This document shows positions 1 to 14,124 of a DNA stretch of 64,000 nucleotides, one piece after another; position 1 is the stretch's first letter, and the number at the start of each line of letters is the position of its first letter. Origin of the DNA: Selaginella moellendorffii (taxonomy: Eukaryota; Plantae; Lycopodiophyta); contig NW_003314267.1 in the NCBI RefSeq assembly GCF_000143415.4, positions 3,393,137 to 3,457,136 of the forward strand. The letters run 5' to 3'. The notes under the pieces are model-generated. The model saw nothing but the letters and a program-made list of their open reading frames with translations, made no database searches and had not been told where the DNA came from. The translations under genes and the position numbers were made by a program.

Positions 1-484
1 CGTCCTTGTTGATGATATCGCCGATAAATCCAACTGACGGCCTCACTACGGAATCCAGGAACTCGAAAGGAGTACACCGATGGTTGCTGCGCGAGTAGAA
101 CGTTGCCAAGCCAGCCATATCTTCTGGAAGGTGTCGCTTCAACGTCTCGAGCTTTGGAGTGCTCAGAAACGGTAAGAGAACGCGCAGAGTTCCCCGCACT
201 TCGCTGGAGTTGTCGAGAAAATCCAAGCTCTGCTCGCCTGCAACGCGGTCCAAGTGCGCAGTGAAGAAACGCTTGTGGCAAATGGATGATATGTCGAGAA
301 AACTCTGCGCGTCCCCGAGAAACGCTACATTGTAGAGAAGCCTTCTGTATCCCTGGAGCTTTAGTTGGAGCTTCTCCTGATGGCTATCCAGGACAGTGGC
401 AAGCATCTCGAGCAAGCCGAGGATAACGACCGTTACTCTCGATTGTGTTGAAGAAATCTCGCTGTGCTTGTGCAAACTCCGGAT
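1..484 (-). other. In-frame continuation of the helicase ORF beyond the TGA at 485-487, open to the window edge
   Basis: Manual translation IRSLHKHSEISSTQSRVTVVILGLLEML...FIGDIINKD gives 161 codons with no stop. Confidence 0.7.
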
Positions 485-3400
485 TCAGTCCAGCCCCGAC
501 TCTAGTAGCTGCTCTTCCAAAAACTTCTTCGCGAGTGATGCTACTCGCTCGGTCCTGTGTTGGCCCCTGCTGCATCCACTGTAAAGCGGCCTGACTGTTT
601 CGTTTTGGAGCCAGAAAGCTCCAACATACTCCACAATGCAGAGCTTGGGATTCATGTCTCGGCTGATTCCCAGGTAGTTCAAAGCCGCTGAAACCGCAGT
701 TCCCCGTGGTAACATATCTTGAACTCCATCGAGAGACTGCACCACGGAGTGGATCCATTGAAACCAGGTGTTCCAAGCCGAGAGCACGAGTTGTTGCAAG
801 TTCTCGACGTTGTCCTGGACGAGCGTCAAGCCAGAGCGCTCGGAATCGAGCTCAAACGAGGCTGCTGCTTTCAAGGCTTCGGACGCTCCTCCCAATAGCT
901 GCCGCAAGGCAATGACTTCGACGTTGGAGTTCTTCGCCACCTTCCAGTTTTCTAGGAGCTCTCTCACTGTGGCAGTGCCTGGAGTCGTCCGGAGCACTTT
1001 GAGTTCGTGCGAGAACACGGGGTTGTCAGCAGCTAGACGTGCCGCCTTGTCGAGAGTCTCACGGTCTTGGAAGCTCTTCAGAGGCCAGCCACAGTTCTGT
1101 CCTCCCCACAAGGACTGGAGCCTGATGTGCTCGAGGATTTTCCGAGCCGCTTCGGAACGCTTGCCGGCATTTTCGAGTAGCTCCGATGCTCGGAGAACGT
1201 TTCCCTTCCTCGCAGCCACTTCTGCAGCTTTCTCGAAGTTGCCAAGGCTGCATGCAAGCTCGATAAGCTCGTCAAGGTACTCCCGTCTTTCCAAGAACGC
1301 AATCTTCCAGTCCGCATCCGACGAGGCTTGCACCGCCTCCATCATCGAGTGAGCGTCTACTTTGCGATGAAAGTACTCGGCAGCGTTCTTCCGAAACTTC
1401 TCCAACGTGTTGGCAGGCACGCTTGGTACTGTCCATTTGCGAATGAAGTCGAGGCCTTCTTTGTACAGTCTTCCCTTGGCACAAGCTTCAAGGCATTTCT
1501 CGTAATGGTTCCCCTCCGCATATACTTGTGAAGCTTCGCTGTGGAGATTTGCGGCCATGTAGCAGTCTCCCGAGAGTTCTAGCTTTGAGCATTGCTTGTA
1601 CAAAAAACCTACACAACAAATCAGTATAAGCACGAGAGAGAGGGAGAAAAGAAAAGAGCTTTATTCATCACAGTACCTGCCCTTTGAAAGTCTTTCATCA
1701 ATCTGAAACACTTTGCTACAGCATCCTTCTTTTCCACGGACTCGTACAGTGCGGCCGCACGTTGTAGGTCCCTTTTTGCAGCACTCTGGTCGACTCTAAG
1801 GAATTTTTCTCCCCTCTCTTGAAATTCCGCAGCTTCAGATAGTTTTGCTCGGTATCTATCGCCTGCTCGTTTGAAGGAAAGCTTTGCCATGTCAAACCGG
1901 CGAGCATTAAACATCTACACAAACCAGCCAATACATTTTTTTAAAGAGTGAATCCACTCCACAGATATTTACCTCAACACCACGTTGGTGCCACTGCTCG
2001 GGGGAGCTTATCTGGTGAATCGAGGATATCAGTGACGCATCCAACGCACCTCTCTTGACAACGTTCAGACTCTTCCAGTAATCAAGCATTGGCCGCTGAT
2101 ATTCCAGGTTCTCGTCGATGATCCACAGCCTCCGTTTAGTCCTCGTGATGGCAACATATAGCTCCTTGAGTTCATTGCACAAAATGCTGGGAAGCTGAGC
2201 GGGTAAACAATTAGCTGGACGGCTTCTACCAAAAACAGAAGAAAGTGTTTTCCACGCTTCAGGGCTTGCCGAGTCAGTGAAGAAGTTAAAGATCAATACA
2301 TCCTGTGTAAGAGTAGCTTAGAGCATGTTAGAAGAAAATAAAGCGTACCTCAAACTCTAATCCTTTACTGTCCTCCACCGTAAGGACGAGGCATCTTGTG
2401 CCGAGTTCCTTTAGCAGCTGCTGCTTCTGGGACTTGTTCCGGACTAGTACGGCTTGATCCGAGCCAAACTCGTAACCGGAGCTGGATCCATGACTGAAAA
2501 ACAAAAAGTTGATAGACGTGCTATCGTCTGGGAGATTCAAAACAACTGGAACTTCGCCGAGTACAGAACTACTTTCCGGCTCGAGCCTGTCGACCCTGAG
2601 AGGGAAGAACCGAAGTATCAGCTCCATAACACTATTTGCAACCTGGACAATGGCGCCCGTTGTCCTGAAATTGTCTATCAGCTGCACGATATCCGGACAC
2701 CTCGCCTCGGCTTCCAGAAACTCTGTATAGAAAACCCGACGTACATCTTCGAACCGGAATTCCACACCTCTAGTGATGGTCTGAGCCGTATCTCCAGCAA
2801 AAATGAAGCCTTCCCGATAATTCGTGCATACGAACTTGAGCAGGCAAACCTGAGCCAGCGTAAAATCTTGCACCTCGTCAATATAGACAAGATCAAGCTT
2901 GTCTCCCTTGAACCCCTCCACCCTGAGCTGCCGGTACAAATGCCAAACATAGTCTGCCATGTCGTAGTCGTCGTTTTCTTTCTTGAGTTTCTCGTAGTGG
3001 AGATAGAGGTCGTAGATCGTGTCCCGTTGCCCCTCATCGAACACCGAAATACGCTGTGATGCCAAGTTGATGAAAGCCTCGCGAGAAAGCCTTCCGTCCG
3101 GACAGTGAAGGGACTCAGCGCTTCCCTTGATGTGAGACACGATAGCTGCGTAGACATCTGATGCATCGTACGTCTTCCTCAAAGAGGCCTTCATCATACG
3201 CGGCCAGTAAACCGACACAAAGACGTCGAAGTCCACTTCCCGATCTTCAAGTGTTCTGCTTCGGAAAGGCCTCGACACAGTTCCATGAACCATATCCAAA
3301 AGCTTTTTGAGGGTCAAGACGAGAGGAAAGGCCTCAGGTTGGATGTTGATGAAACTGTCTGGAATGCTGCCTTGAAACTCTTCGTCAAGCATCACATCTT

Positions 3401-6400
3401 CGTTGCAGGTGTCCCCAAAAGCAGCAGTATAAGCATCACTTCGTAGTAAAGACCTGAAATGTAAGAAAAACTGGTGACGCTGATGAGTAACAGGAGTTCG
3501 TCGCATACCTTTTAAACTTTTCGAGGTAGTTCTTGACTGCGAAACACAGCCTCTGGCTAACGGTAATGAACGCTTAACGCAAGCACGTCCCCTCGGCGCT
3601 ATCAAAACTCCCGTTATCACCAAAACCACACCTTGATATGCGATGGAGCTGCTCAATGCGCATCATCTTAACACTGATAACCGTGGTTTTGCCTGTGCCC
3701 GACCTTCCGATAACAAAAGCCGACGAAGAAGACAACATCAGCTCGGTCTGTGGATGACTTAGAGGGAATGGCAGCTCGATTTCTGTACCGCCACTGTCTG
3801 TCAGAACGTAGTTCGCAATTCCAGATGACTCTGAATAGAACTTCAGTAGAGATAGATTCTCTGAAACTTTGGGACCACGCTGACTAATTGGAGGCGCTGC
3901 ATTGCCGTCGTCGATGACTTTCTGGACAACATCTCCGCTCCATACTTCCGGAACAACGATTCTACCGCAAACGGACGTCTTTGTCGTCATAGTTCGACAG
4001 CGTTCCACGTAATCCAATGAGTAAGTCGAGCTGACAGTATTCAATCGTTGGACAGTTCGCTGTAGTCCTTGAACGCCCACCACATCACATAGCTCGATGG
4101 CCTGAGACCTTCTATTGCTCGTCAAAACCACTCTCCAGACTAGAAGCAAACCGTTCATGCGAAACACGTGAATATCCTCTGAGAGTGTCAGCGGCATCGC
4201 AGAGTTAAACTCAGGCCAGTGACCTCTAGCAAGTCCCAGGACAAATCTCGTGCAGCCATTTCTGAAGGACGCCGATTGACGAGCGTAACTGGTCTTGAAC
4301 TCCTTGCTGAAGAAGACCTGCAAAGAGAAAAACATGCTCAGGTAGGCAAGAAAACCGATGAGGACACTCACCTTCCAGATACAGTTTTCGAGAAGAGAAC
4401 TGTTAATCAGGATATCATAAAACTGGTCCACTTTGCCTCCAACACGCTTCTCCAGCTCTGGAACGTCGGTCGAGTCCACAAAGCAATCTCTGCTTTTTGC
4501 ATTCTGAACTAAATCCCTCCAAATGGTCTCGTTCTTAGCCAAGGTATGCTCGTTACCAACAATGCAAAGACAGTATCTGCATGGGAAAAACTAAGTAGAG
4601 GCTCAAACATTATGGCAACCACCTGGCTCGAGTTATTGAAACATTCAGACGTCGATGATCTTTCAGAAAGCCCAAATCTCCGGAAGGGTTCGATCTGACA
4701 GTCGACAAAATAACTACGTCCATTTCACGACCTTGAAATCCGTCGACAGTATTGGCCTCGACCTTGAAAGAAAACGAAGCATGTTGTATGCGACTTCTTA
4801 GTGCAGTAACTTGTGCCTTGTAAAAGGAGATAACTCCCACCTCAAGGTTGCTGCAGTTACGTTTCTCTGGAGAATCACATCTTAGAAATTTCAACCAGCT
4901 TCATTCTGTACCTTTTTGGAGTTTCTCCAATAGAAACATGATGACTTCAATTTCTGTGGGATTTTCCAAGCTCCCCTCTTTGGCAGTGCATTCCGAACTG
5001 TTCGCATGGATAAATATATATGGGCCGTATAAGAGCGAGCGGAACGCTGCGCCGTAAGAACTCACTGTTACATTCGGGCCATCTTGGATTTTTCGCTTGT
5101 AGAATTCATAGTTTGAGAACTGGCAAATAGATGGGTGCATGCGGTACTGAACATTAAGCATAATATTCGGGTGGTCCAGCGCATGGAGCCTCTGGAACAA
5201 GCTCCTTCCATAACCGGACATTTTAGACTTCTGTAAACACATACAGGCATCGAATCAGTACGAAGTTTGCACGGTTAAAAGTACCTCGCTAAGAACAGTG
5301 GGTGGTAACTGCCGGTGGTCTCCAACAAGGACGAGTTGCTTTAGACAAGAAAGGCCCATAATGATAGCTGTTTCCGCTTCGATAGCTTGAGAAGCCTCGT
5401 CAAGAACAGCTACGTCAAAGAGCACCGCCGAATTTTGCACCAACGGCATAGCAGCGCAAGACAGCGTGCAAAACACCATGGTCGAATGCCTGACGAGCTG
5501 CCTTCTGATGAAGCTTGTCATGCGGTCAGCGCTCACTTGAAGGCTCTGAAGGAGGACAGCAAGTTTGTCAAGGTTGTTCTTGATGCTCCTGTTGACACCA
5601 AAGCAAGCAATAGCATCAATAAGATCGCTTATCTTGGCGAGGAGGCTTTTCACTTTGACGATTTTAGCCGACTGAACGAGTGTGGTCGGCAGGTCCGAAA
5701 GAGCCTGAACCATCTGCTGTTCAAGACTGGCGAACGTTCTTCGTACGACGTCCGAGAAGTTTTGAGAGGCCTCCATATTCAGAAAGTCGACCATGGAAGA
5801 CGCTTCTGATTTGCAGCAGCTTAAGGTCGACGATATCCTGTTCAAGCGATATGGAAGAAACACTTCGGACAGCAGCTTGTCACTAACACCAGTCAGCCTC
5901 GTCTCATTTCCTATGAGCAGAATATCGTTGGAGCCAGAGTCGTTTGTCTTCAGAAACCGAGTGACTAGTTCCTGAACGGCCATGTTTGTAGGAGCGCAAA
6001 CCAATACACGCCTTCCAGAGCTCCGTAGAACAGAAAGAAGTGCGGCTAGCACCGACGTTTTCCCTGTACCCGGAGGTCCCTGTATCAGCCTCACGTACGG
6101 CTTTTGATTTTTCTCAAGCGCCAAAACGGTGCTGGACACGGCCCTTGATTGAAAATCGTTCAGATGCGAGCATCTTGTTCCAGAAAGAAATCCTTTGTCA
6201 GCATCATCCACCCAAAGTGCCTATAAACGAAAACATGAAGTTAGCGAAAAATACGTTACTTCAGTGACAGAAAAATTCTCTAGGTACCTGCTGCAGCACC
6301 TCGTCGAAAATCGGGAACCGATTTTCATCGGCAAACAGCGGCCGCTGCAACGCATTCCAAATCCTCGAAGCTGATACCAGGGACTCCAAGCCAATGACGT

Positions 6401-7011
6401 ACCAGGGTCTCTCCGGATCAGTCAGAGCGTTCTCCATCTGGGATGTGGAGTATATCTCGGCCTCCCAAAAGCCCGTTGGAACATCAAAGCCGGTCAGTAG
6501 AACCAGCGCGTGCATCTTTCCCGAAGCTTGCACGTCCTTCGCGGAGGAAGTTGGGCTTGTCGCGAGTAGGACAACATCCATTGGCTTGAAAGAGGAGTTG
6601 TCTTTACCGTCCACCTTGAGCCAGACCCGTCGAAGCGTTTCGTCTGTGTCTTCCATCTTCACTCGTACCATAGCCCAGCCATCTTTTTTAATCCGTGAAA
6701 GCCCGCGGCTTAATCCTTCTCGCACTTCATCGAGCAGCGGCAACTTGAAGCTCGCGAGGTACTGCCTCAAAGAGGTAAACTCGAGAGGAATTTTTCTCAC
6801 CTGAAACACCATCTTCCTTGTCAAGCAAAGTGCAAGCTCAAAGAAAGAAGAGAAAAAAAAAAAAACAACTCACCTGAATGAGCGAGCCATTCTCGATGTT
6901 GTCCAGCGACCACTTGAGCACGCGTGATGAAAGCGTCTCAAACCTCGACGATTCATCGGCGGCAGAAGTGGATGCTTCGATCGATTTCCCAGTCGAAGAT
7001 TGCACCTGCAT
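485..7011 (-). CDS. Multi-exon double SF1 helicase: UPF1/SEN1-like module + UvrD/REP-like module + TPR-like helical region (TRANK1-like architecture)
   Basis: Module 1 motifs: GPPGTGKT, DEASQ, GDHRQLPP, QYRMHP, VDGFQGRE, RRLNVSITRAR. Module 2 motifs: GRSGTGKT, DEVQD, GDTAQ, NFRT, SKGLEF, LYVAITRTK. Ala/Lys/Glu-rich helical repeats follow. Short GT-AG introns join the ORFs; ATG at 7011. Confidence 0.88.
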
Positions 7012-7399
7012 TTTGCACCACCCGAACGAGAATCCGCAGGAAGGAAGAACTACAAACACGAAGAAGAAATCGTATGGAGTGTATAGATCACGGAATCAAG
7101 AACTTACATCCGCGAGCAGAGCGTTCGAAATCGTTAAATGCTCCACATTTAAGTGGCGTGAAAGCACGAGGCCCTGGAATTTCCAATCACATCAAAGATC
7201 ACATCCAGCGATAGCGCAATCTCTTGCATTGCGCTCCTGGCCACTTACAAGCATCTCGTCTCCTCCGCTTCTTCGTGCGCCTTCGCCCGCCTCCTCCTCC
7301 ATTGCACAAAGCCCTAAACCCTTCAATGTGATGCAATATTCACAGTAAAATAATTCAATTTTTGAAATATTTTAGAAACTTCTACGTTCTTATATATAT

Positions 7400-7615
7400 A
7401 ATTTATAAACACATTTATAATTTTTTAGATTTTCTTAAACACTTCTTAATGTATTCTAACTTATTCTACTAGGTTGATATGCATTAACAAAAATTTTTTT
7501 TTAATAAATTATACACATTTTTATAATTATAAATTTCCATTTGATCAATTGGATTGATAAATGTGAATAACACTACTATTAAGCAACCAAACAACATATA
7601 ACAAATTATTTTCTC
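7400..7615. repeat. AT-rich dispersed repeat, copy 1
   Basis: Shares GTTGATATGC, ATAATTATAAA, TTTGATCAATT and ACAAATTATT with 10030-10235, and in reverse complement with 57430-57598. Confidence 0.7.
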
Positions 7616-8014
7616 TTTTTATACTTTACTTTTATTTAGATTAGAAAAAAGAAATGTTTGGTTTACTAAAAAGGCAAACATAATTTACCAAGGAAAAAAG
7701 TTTGATGTGGGGCAGGATCTTCTGGATCTGCTTCTCCATCTCCATCTCCATCTCCATGACCCGCTTCTCATCGAAGTCCAAGCCAAAAACAACGTGTCTA
7801 TACTGAAAGGAGACTTCAACCACACTTATAAATGCAATATTTCTCAGGAGATGTTGAACCATCGCCTAATCACACCTTCTTAGTTCTTTCTAGGTGTTTC
7901 TGAAGTCTATAAATTGCTGTCCAATCTTTTGTGTGTGTGTCTCGAATTGTTCCTCAAAGTCCATTGCCCACTTCTAGTTGAGCCCTCTTCCCCTTCTTTA
8001 TCTATCCACTTCTA

Positions 8015-9280
8015 ATGGCAGCCACCGTCACTCTTGTTGGCAATGGTTATGTGTACCCAAACGACAGTTTCGGTTCTATTTCTAATGATGGCCTTGAAGG
8101 ATGGACCGATGCCACTGGATCAACCCGTGTCTTCTTTTTGCCACAGAAAACTGGATGGATCTCTGTTTCAATCCAGGCAAGATCAGTTGACAACACTAAC
8201 ACCTTGCGCTTAAGCCTCGATGGTAGTCCCAATGCTGCACACGACGTAGTTTTGCCCATGTCCTCTGATTTCAAAACTTATACAGTGGGAACTTATACCA
8301 TTTTCAGCGCAGAGTATCACTATCTGGAAATACGTGCAGTCACCCAAAACTCAACCTACCTTCCTGAAGTGCAAGCGCTGATCATCTCTGGTTCTGCTGC
8401 CGAAGGCCTCAGGTATAACAAGAGCTCCAATCGCGCTGCACCCTCAACGCATCTCTGGTACAACACAGATGCTATCCAGGGGGCTATCACTGGGTTCTAC
8501 ACTGAATTCTATGTAAAGCAAGCCGAAGATCCCGTAAACTCCTACTACATGACGAATGGTTTTGGAGATGGCTACTTCGGCATTCAGGTAAGTTCCAGTC
8601 TATACCATGGTGACCACTCTCTAATACTGCTATCTATATGTTCCTAGGTGATCTCTCCGACTGAAAGGAGAGTATTGTTTTCAGTATGGAGCAATTATAA
8701 TACTGAAGACCCAGGGCAGATCCCCGATGACTACAAAGTGAAGCTGGTGAAGAAAGGCACTGATGTGATTTCAGGAGAATTTGGTAATGAAGGGTCGGGT
8801 GCACAGAGCTACATCCAATATATGTGGAATACTGACACCGTTTACAGAGGGCTTTTGACGGCTGAAGCGGATGGCAGCGACAACACTATATTTTCAGGTT
8901 ACTTCTTTTTGCCGGAGTCGGGCTGGAAGCTGATAGCTCGATGGAACAAGCCAAAGACTGGAGCTCGCTTGTTGACAGGGCTTTACTCCTTCGTGGAAAA
9001 CTTTCGAAGCAATGGAAACGACTACTTCAGAGCTCACTACGGCAACCAGTGGGCTTATGGTGAGGGTGGATGGGTGCAGCTGACCAAGGCTACATTCGAC
9101 ACGACCGCCGGTGAAGGCGACTATCAGCGATATGATTATGGCGCTGGGGCAGAGGGTAATTGGATGTATATGTTCAGTGGTGGATTTAGGCAGACCAACA
9201 ATGTGAAGGTTGGAGATGTCATAGAAAGGAGCGTTGGTCCTGATCCCGACGTGGACTTCGCAATCTTGGATGCTCTCTAA
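8015..9280 (+). CDS. DUF5077+DUF3472 family protein, copy A (exons 8015-8587 and 8648-9280)
   Basis: Motifs PSTHLWY, YYMTNGFGDGYFGIQV, ERRVLFSVWS, GEFGNEGSGAQSY, SFVENF and GNQW are typical of bacterial DUF3472 proteins. One phase-0 GT-AG intron of 60 nt. Confidence 0.85.
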
Positions 9281-9412
9281 AGCCTACATGCCAGAGCTCA
9301 AAGGCTTTGCTTGGACTGTACCTTTACAAATAACATGGCTGGCGCTAGATGTTTCGATCCATGCCGATCCATCGCACCTATCATAATCTCCTGGCAATCT
9401 ACCTTCAGTTTT

Positions 9413-9670
9413 CTAATGTAATTATATTAATGCAATAATAAGTGGTTCGAACCCCAATTGTATGCTTGCCAGTTGTCGCACACACCGGCGATGGCAAGCT
9501 CCAAGGTACCACAGCCGAGACCAAAGCTGGAAACAAGCAGGCAAACGAAAGAAACTTCGTTTCCCTAAGAACAAATTAGAGTTCTAGACATATATAATCA
9601 CTTTAAATCGCAACAGCAGAGGCTTTCCAACGCTAGAATGAGCGAAGTACCAGCTCGATGGAAAGACAAC
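9413..9670 (+). pseudogene. Heavily deleted duplicate of the tRNA-Leu flank, tRNA T-arm and subtilase 5' exons
   Basis: TAATGTAATTAT matches 11932. GGTTCGAACCCCA matches 12019. CACACCGGCGATGGC...GGAAACAAGCAGGCAA matches 14844-14907. ATGAGCGAAGTACCAGCTCGATGGAAAG matches 15493-15520. Confidence 0.75.
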
Positions 9671-9675
9671 AATCA

Positions 9676-9912
9676 AGACCAGCTATCTTTTTCAATCCGT
9701 GAGAGGCTGCCGAGGTAAAGAGGTAAACTAGAGAGGGATTTTTTTCCAGCTGGAGCACATTGTCATTGTCAAACGAAGTGCAAGCTCAAAAAAAAGAAGA
9801 GAAAAATAGAACTCACTGAAAGAGCGACCCATTCTCAATGAGCACTTGAGCACGTGATGAAAGCGCCAAACCTCGATGAGTCATTGGATGCTTCGATTGT
9901 GCATTTTGCATC
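9676..9912 (-). pseudogene. Heavily deleted duplicate of the helicase gene 5' end
   Basis: Colinear matches to 6671-7017, including AATCCGTGA, AAAGAGGTAAACT, AAGTGCAAGCTCAAA, CACTTGAGCACG, GGATGCTTCGAT and TGCATTTTGCA. Confidence 0.8.
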
Positions 9913-10029
9913 TAATGTAACACAATAAACTGTTTTTGATTTACCTAAGCAAAAGATGGTAGTGAATATATTTAAAATATGCTTGAATATTCAGGATATT
10001 ATACCATCTAATGGTTGTTATTTATTTAG

Positions 10030-10235
10030 ATTAATTTTATATTTATAATTTATAAACTTTTCCCTTTCTAGTATATATTTTTTATTCTATTATCTAATGG
10101 TTGATATGCGATAAAATTAATCTTGTGTTTATAAATTACAAACATGCTTATAATTATAAAATTTATTTGATCAATTAAATTAATAAATAAAAATAACATT
10201 ACTAGCTATGTTTTCTTTAGCAAACAAATTATTAT
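10030..10235. repeat. AT-rich dispersed repeat, copy 2
   Basis: Close match to the reverse complement of 57430-57598 and to 7400-7615. Confidence 0.7.
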
Positions 10236-10255
10236 CTGCGGTGGTGTTTTAGTTT

Positions 10256-11518
10256 TTAGAGAGCATCCAATTTTTTCAGGTCCACATCAGGACCAGCGCT
10301 CCTTTGTATGATATCTCCAGGTTTCACATTGTTCGTCTGCTTAAATCCACCACTATACATATACATCCAAATGCCTTCTGCCCCAGCGCCATAATCATAT
10401 CGCTGATGCTTCTCTTCACTGGCGGTCGTGGTGAATCCGGCCTTGGTCAGCTGCACCCATCCATCCTTACCATAAGCCCACTGGTTGCCAAAGTGAGCCT
10501 TGAAGTAGTCGTTTCCATTGCTTGAAAAGTTCTCCACAAAGGAATAAAGCCCTGTCAACAAGAGAGCTCCAGTCTTTGGTTTGTTCCATCGAGCTATGAG
10601 CTTCCAGCCCGACTCCGGCATATAGAAGTAACCTGAAAATATGGTGTTGTCGCTACCAGAAGCTTCAGCCTTGACAAGGCATCTGTAAACGGTGTCAGTT
10701 TTCCACATATATTTGAAGTAGCTCTGTGCACCCGACCCTTCGTTACCAAATTCTCCTGAAATCACATCACTTCCTTTTTTCACCAGCTTCACTTTGTAGT
10801 CTTCGGGGATCTCCTCTGGTTTCTGAGTATCATAGTTGCTCCATATTGAAAATAATACTCTCCTTTCAGTCGGCGAGTTCACCTATGGATAATAAGAGTA
10901 TTAGGAGGTGGATAATGCAATTAAACTGGAACTTACCTGTATACCAAAGTAGCCACCTCCAAAACCATTCGTCATATAGTAGGAGTGAAGGGGATCTTCG
11001 CCTTGCTTGACATAGATTTCACTGTAGAACCAAGTGATACCCCCCTCGATACCCTCTGTTTTGTACCAAAGATGCGTTGAGGGTGCACCGCGGAAGGAGC
11101 TCTTGTTATACTTGAGGCCTTCGGCGGCAGAACCAGAGATGACCAGTGCTTGCACATCTGGAAGGTAGGTCGAGTTTTTGGTGACTGCCCGTATCTCCAG
11201 ATAGTGATACCCTGAGCTGGAAATGGTGTATGTTCCTACTGCATAAGTTTGGAAATCAGAGGACTTGGGCAGGACTACGTCGTGTGCAGCACTGGCACTA
11301 CCATCGAGACTTAAACGCAAAGTGTTAGTATTACCAACTGATCTTGCCTTGATTGAAACAGAAATCGACCCAGTTTTCTGTGGCCAGAAGTAGACACGGG
11401 TGGATCCAGTGATATCTGTCCATGCTCCAAGCCCGGCTTCAGAAATAGAACCGAAACTATTGGACCCCTCTCTTGGGTACACATAAGCATTGCCAACAAT
11501 TGTGAGGGTGGCTGCCAT
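10256..11518 (-). CDS. DUF5077+DUF3472 family protein, copy B (exons 11518-10937 and 10882-10256)
   Basis: Full-length paralog of 8015-9280 with the same intron position (GIQ|V); intron is 54 nt. Confidence 0.85.
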
Positions 11519-11956
11519 CTTAGAACAGATTAAGAAGGAAAAGAATGCTCAAAAAAGAGTGCTCAGCTATTGATAGTAGAAATGGGCTTCAAATTTATGG
11601 ACTTCTATACTGTTCATTTTGCGGACTGGGTAGGACCAGCTGGTGGGAGGCCACCATCATCATCAACAAACACGTTGTAAACAAATTGATGTGGATTTGG
11701 AATGCGTTACAGCTGGAATGCTTATCCTGGTATGTTTTTGATATGGACTTTGAACTGAATTTTTTTTCTTTCCCGACACATGATGCGAATAAAACGAGAT
11801 TCTCGCACCTGAACGATCGTGTACTGGTTTGCGACATGGCAATTGTTCTGAAGACAACTACCGTCTAACCTTCTGGAGGAGTTTGAACATGGCTTTTGTA
11901 AAATTTACAGATTAGCCTGCCTTAAGCCCTTTAATGTAATTATGCTAAGGCGATAA

Positions 11957-12040
11957 GCTGGTTTGCCCGAGTGGTCTAAGGGGGGTGACTTAAGATCACC
12001 TGCATTTCAATGCGCGTGGGTTCGAACCCCACAGCCAGCA
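11957..12040 (+). tRNA. tRNA-Leu (anticodon TAA)
   Basis: Acceptor stem GCTGGTT/AGCCAGC; anticodon arm GGTGA-CTTAAGA-TCACC; long variable arm; T arm GTGGG-TTCGAAC-CCCAC. Confidence 0.95.
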
Positions 12041-12232
12041 AATTATAGTTTTGGAATCTGTATCTCAACTAGAAACTTTATGAGCGCTAGATTAGAAATA
12101 GTAGTATGACTAAAAATGTAAAATGTCGTATACACGCAGCAATTTTGTTACATTTTCTCCGATACTCTGGAATTCCTTGGCGAGCACTTCAAAAGAAACT
12201 GATTCCATCCCACAAGATTCACACACCACAAA

Positions 12233-13736
<1,504 letters not shown>

Positions 13737-13824
13737 AAGATTTTCTCCCGTCCAAATTTGACGGCCGAGATTGCCGATCTGGACGGCTCAGATGTCGAAT
13801 ATATAAATGTGCCTAAAATTAAGA

Positions 13825-13868
13825 GGCCTGGTGCTAGAAGGTCCCAGGTTCGAGGCCTGCATAGGCCA
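13825..13868 (+). pseudogene. tRNA-Ile relic with internal deletions
   Basis: GGCCT..GGTGCTA..GAAGGTCCCAGGTTCGAGGCCTGCATAGGCCA resembles plant tRNA-Ile(AAT) lacking the D arm and part of the anticodon arm. Confidence 0.6.
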
Positions 13869-14124
13869 ATTTCCAATCCGGTTTGACACTCTTCAGTAAC
13901 ACTTTCCTTGGATCTTTTCAAAGCGTTTCGTCTCCTCGTACGTGCCAGTCAGGATGTTTGAAAGGAGAATCTAACATCCTAAGAGAAACCAAATTACAAC
14001 TCAATTAGACATATCTCAAGCAACTGTGAGGAGCTCAGGCTCTCAGAGAGCCCTCAGCAGCTGTGCAATGTTTGAGTTTATAAAATGATCATGCACGAGC
14101 TCATAACAAAGAATTTATCATGTA

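Noticed and set aside
7641-7862. 73-aa minus ORF with MEMEME
   Set aside because: Driven by a (CTCCAT)n microrepeat; no family support.
8015-11518. Bacterial contamination as the source of the DUF3472 genes
   Set aside because: Both have spliceosomal GT-AG introns and are interleaved with duplicated plant gene fragments.
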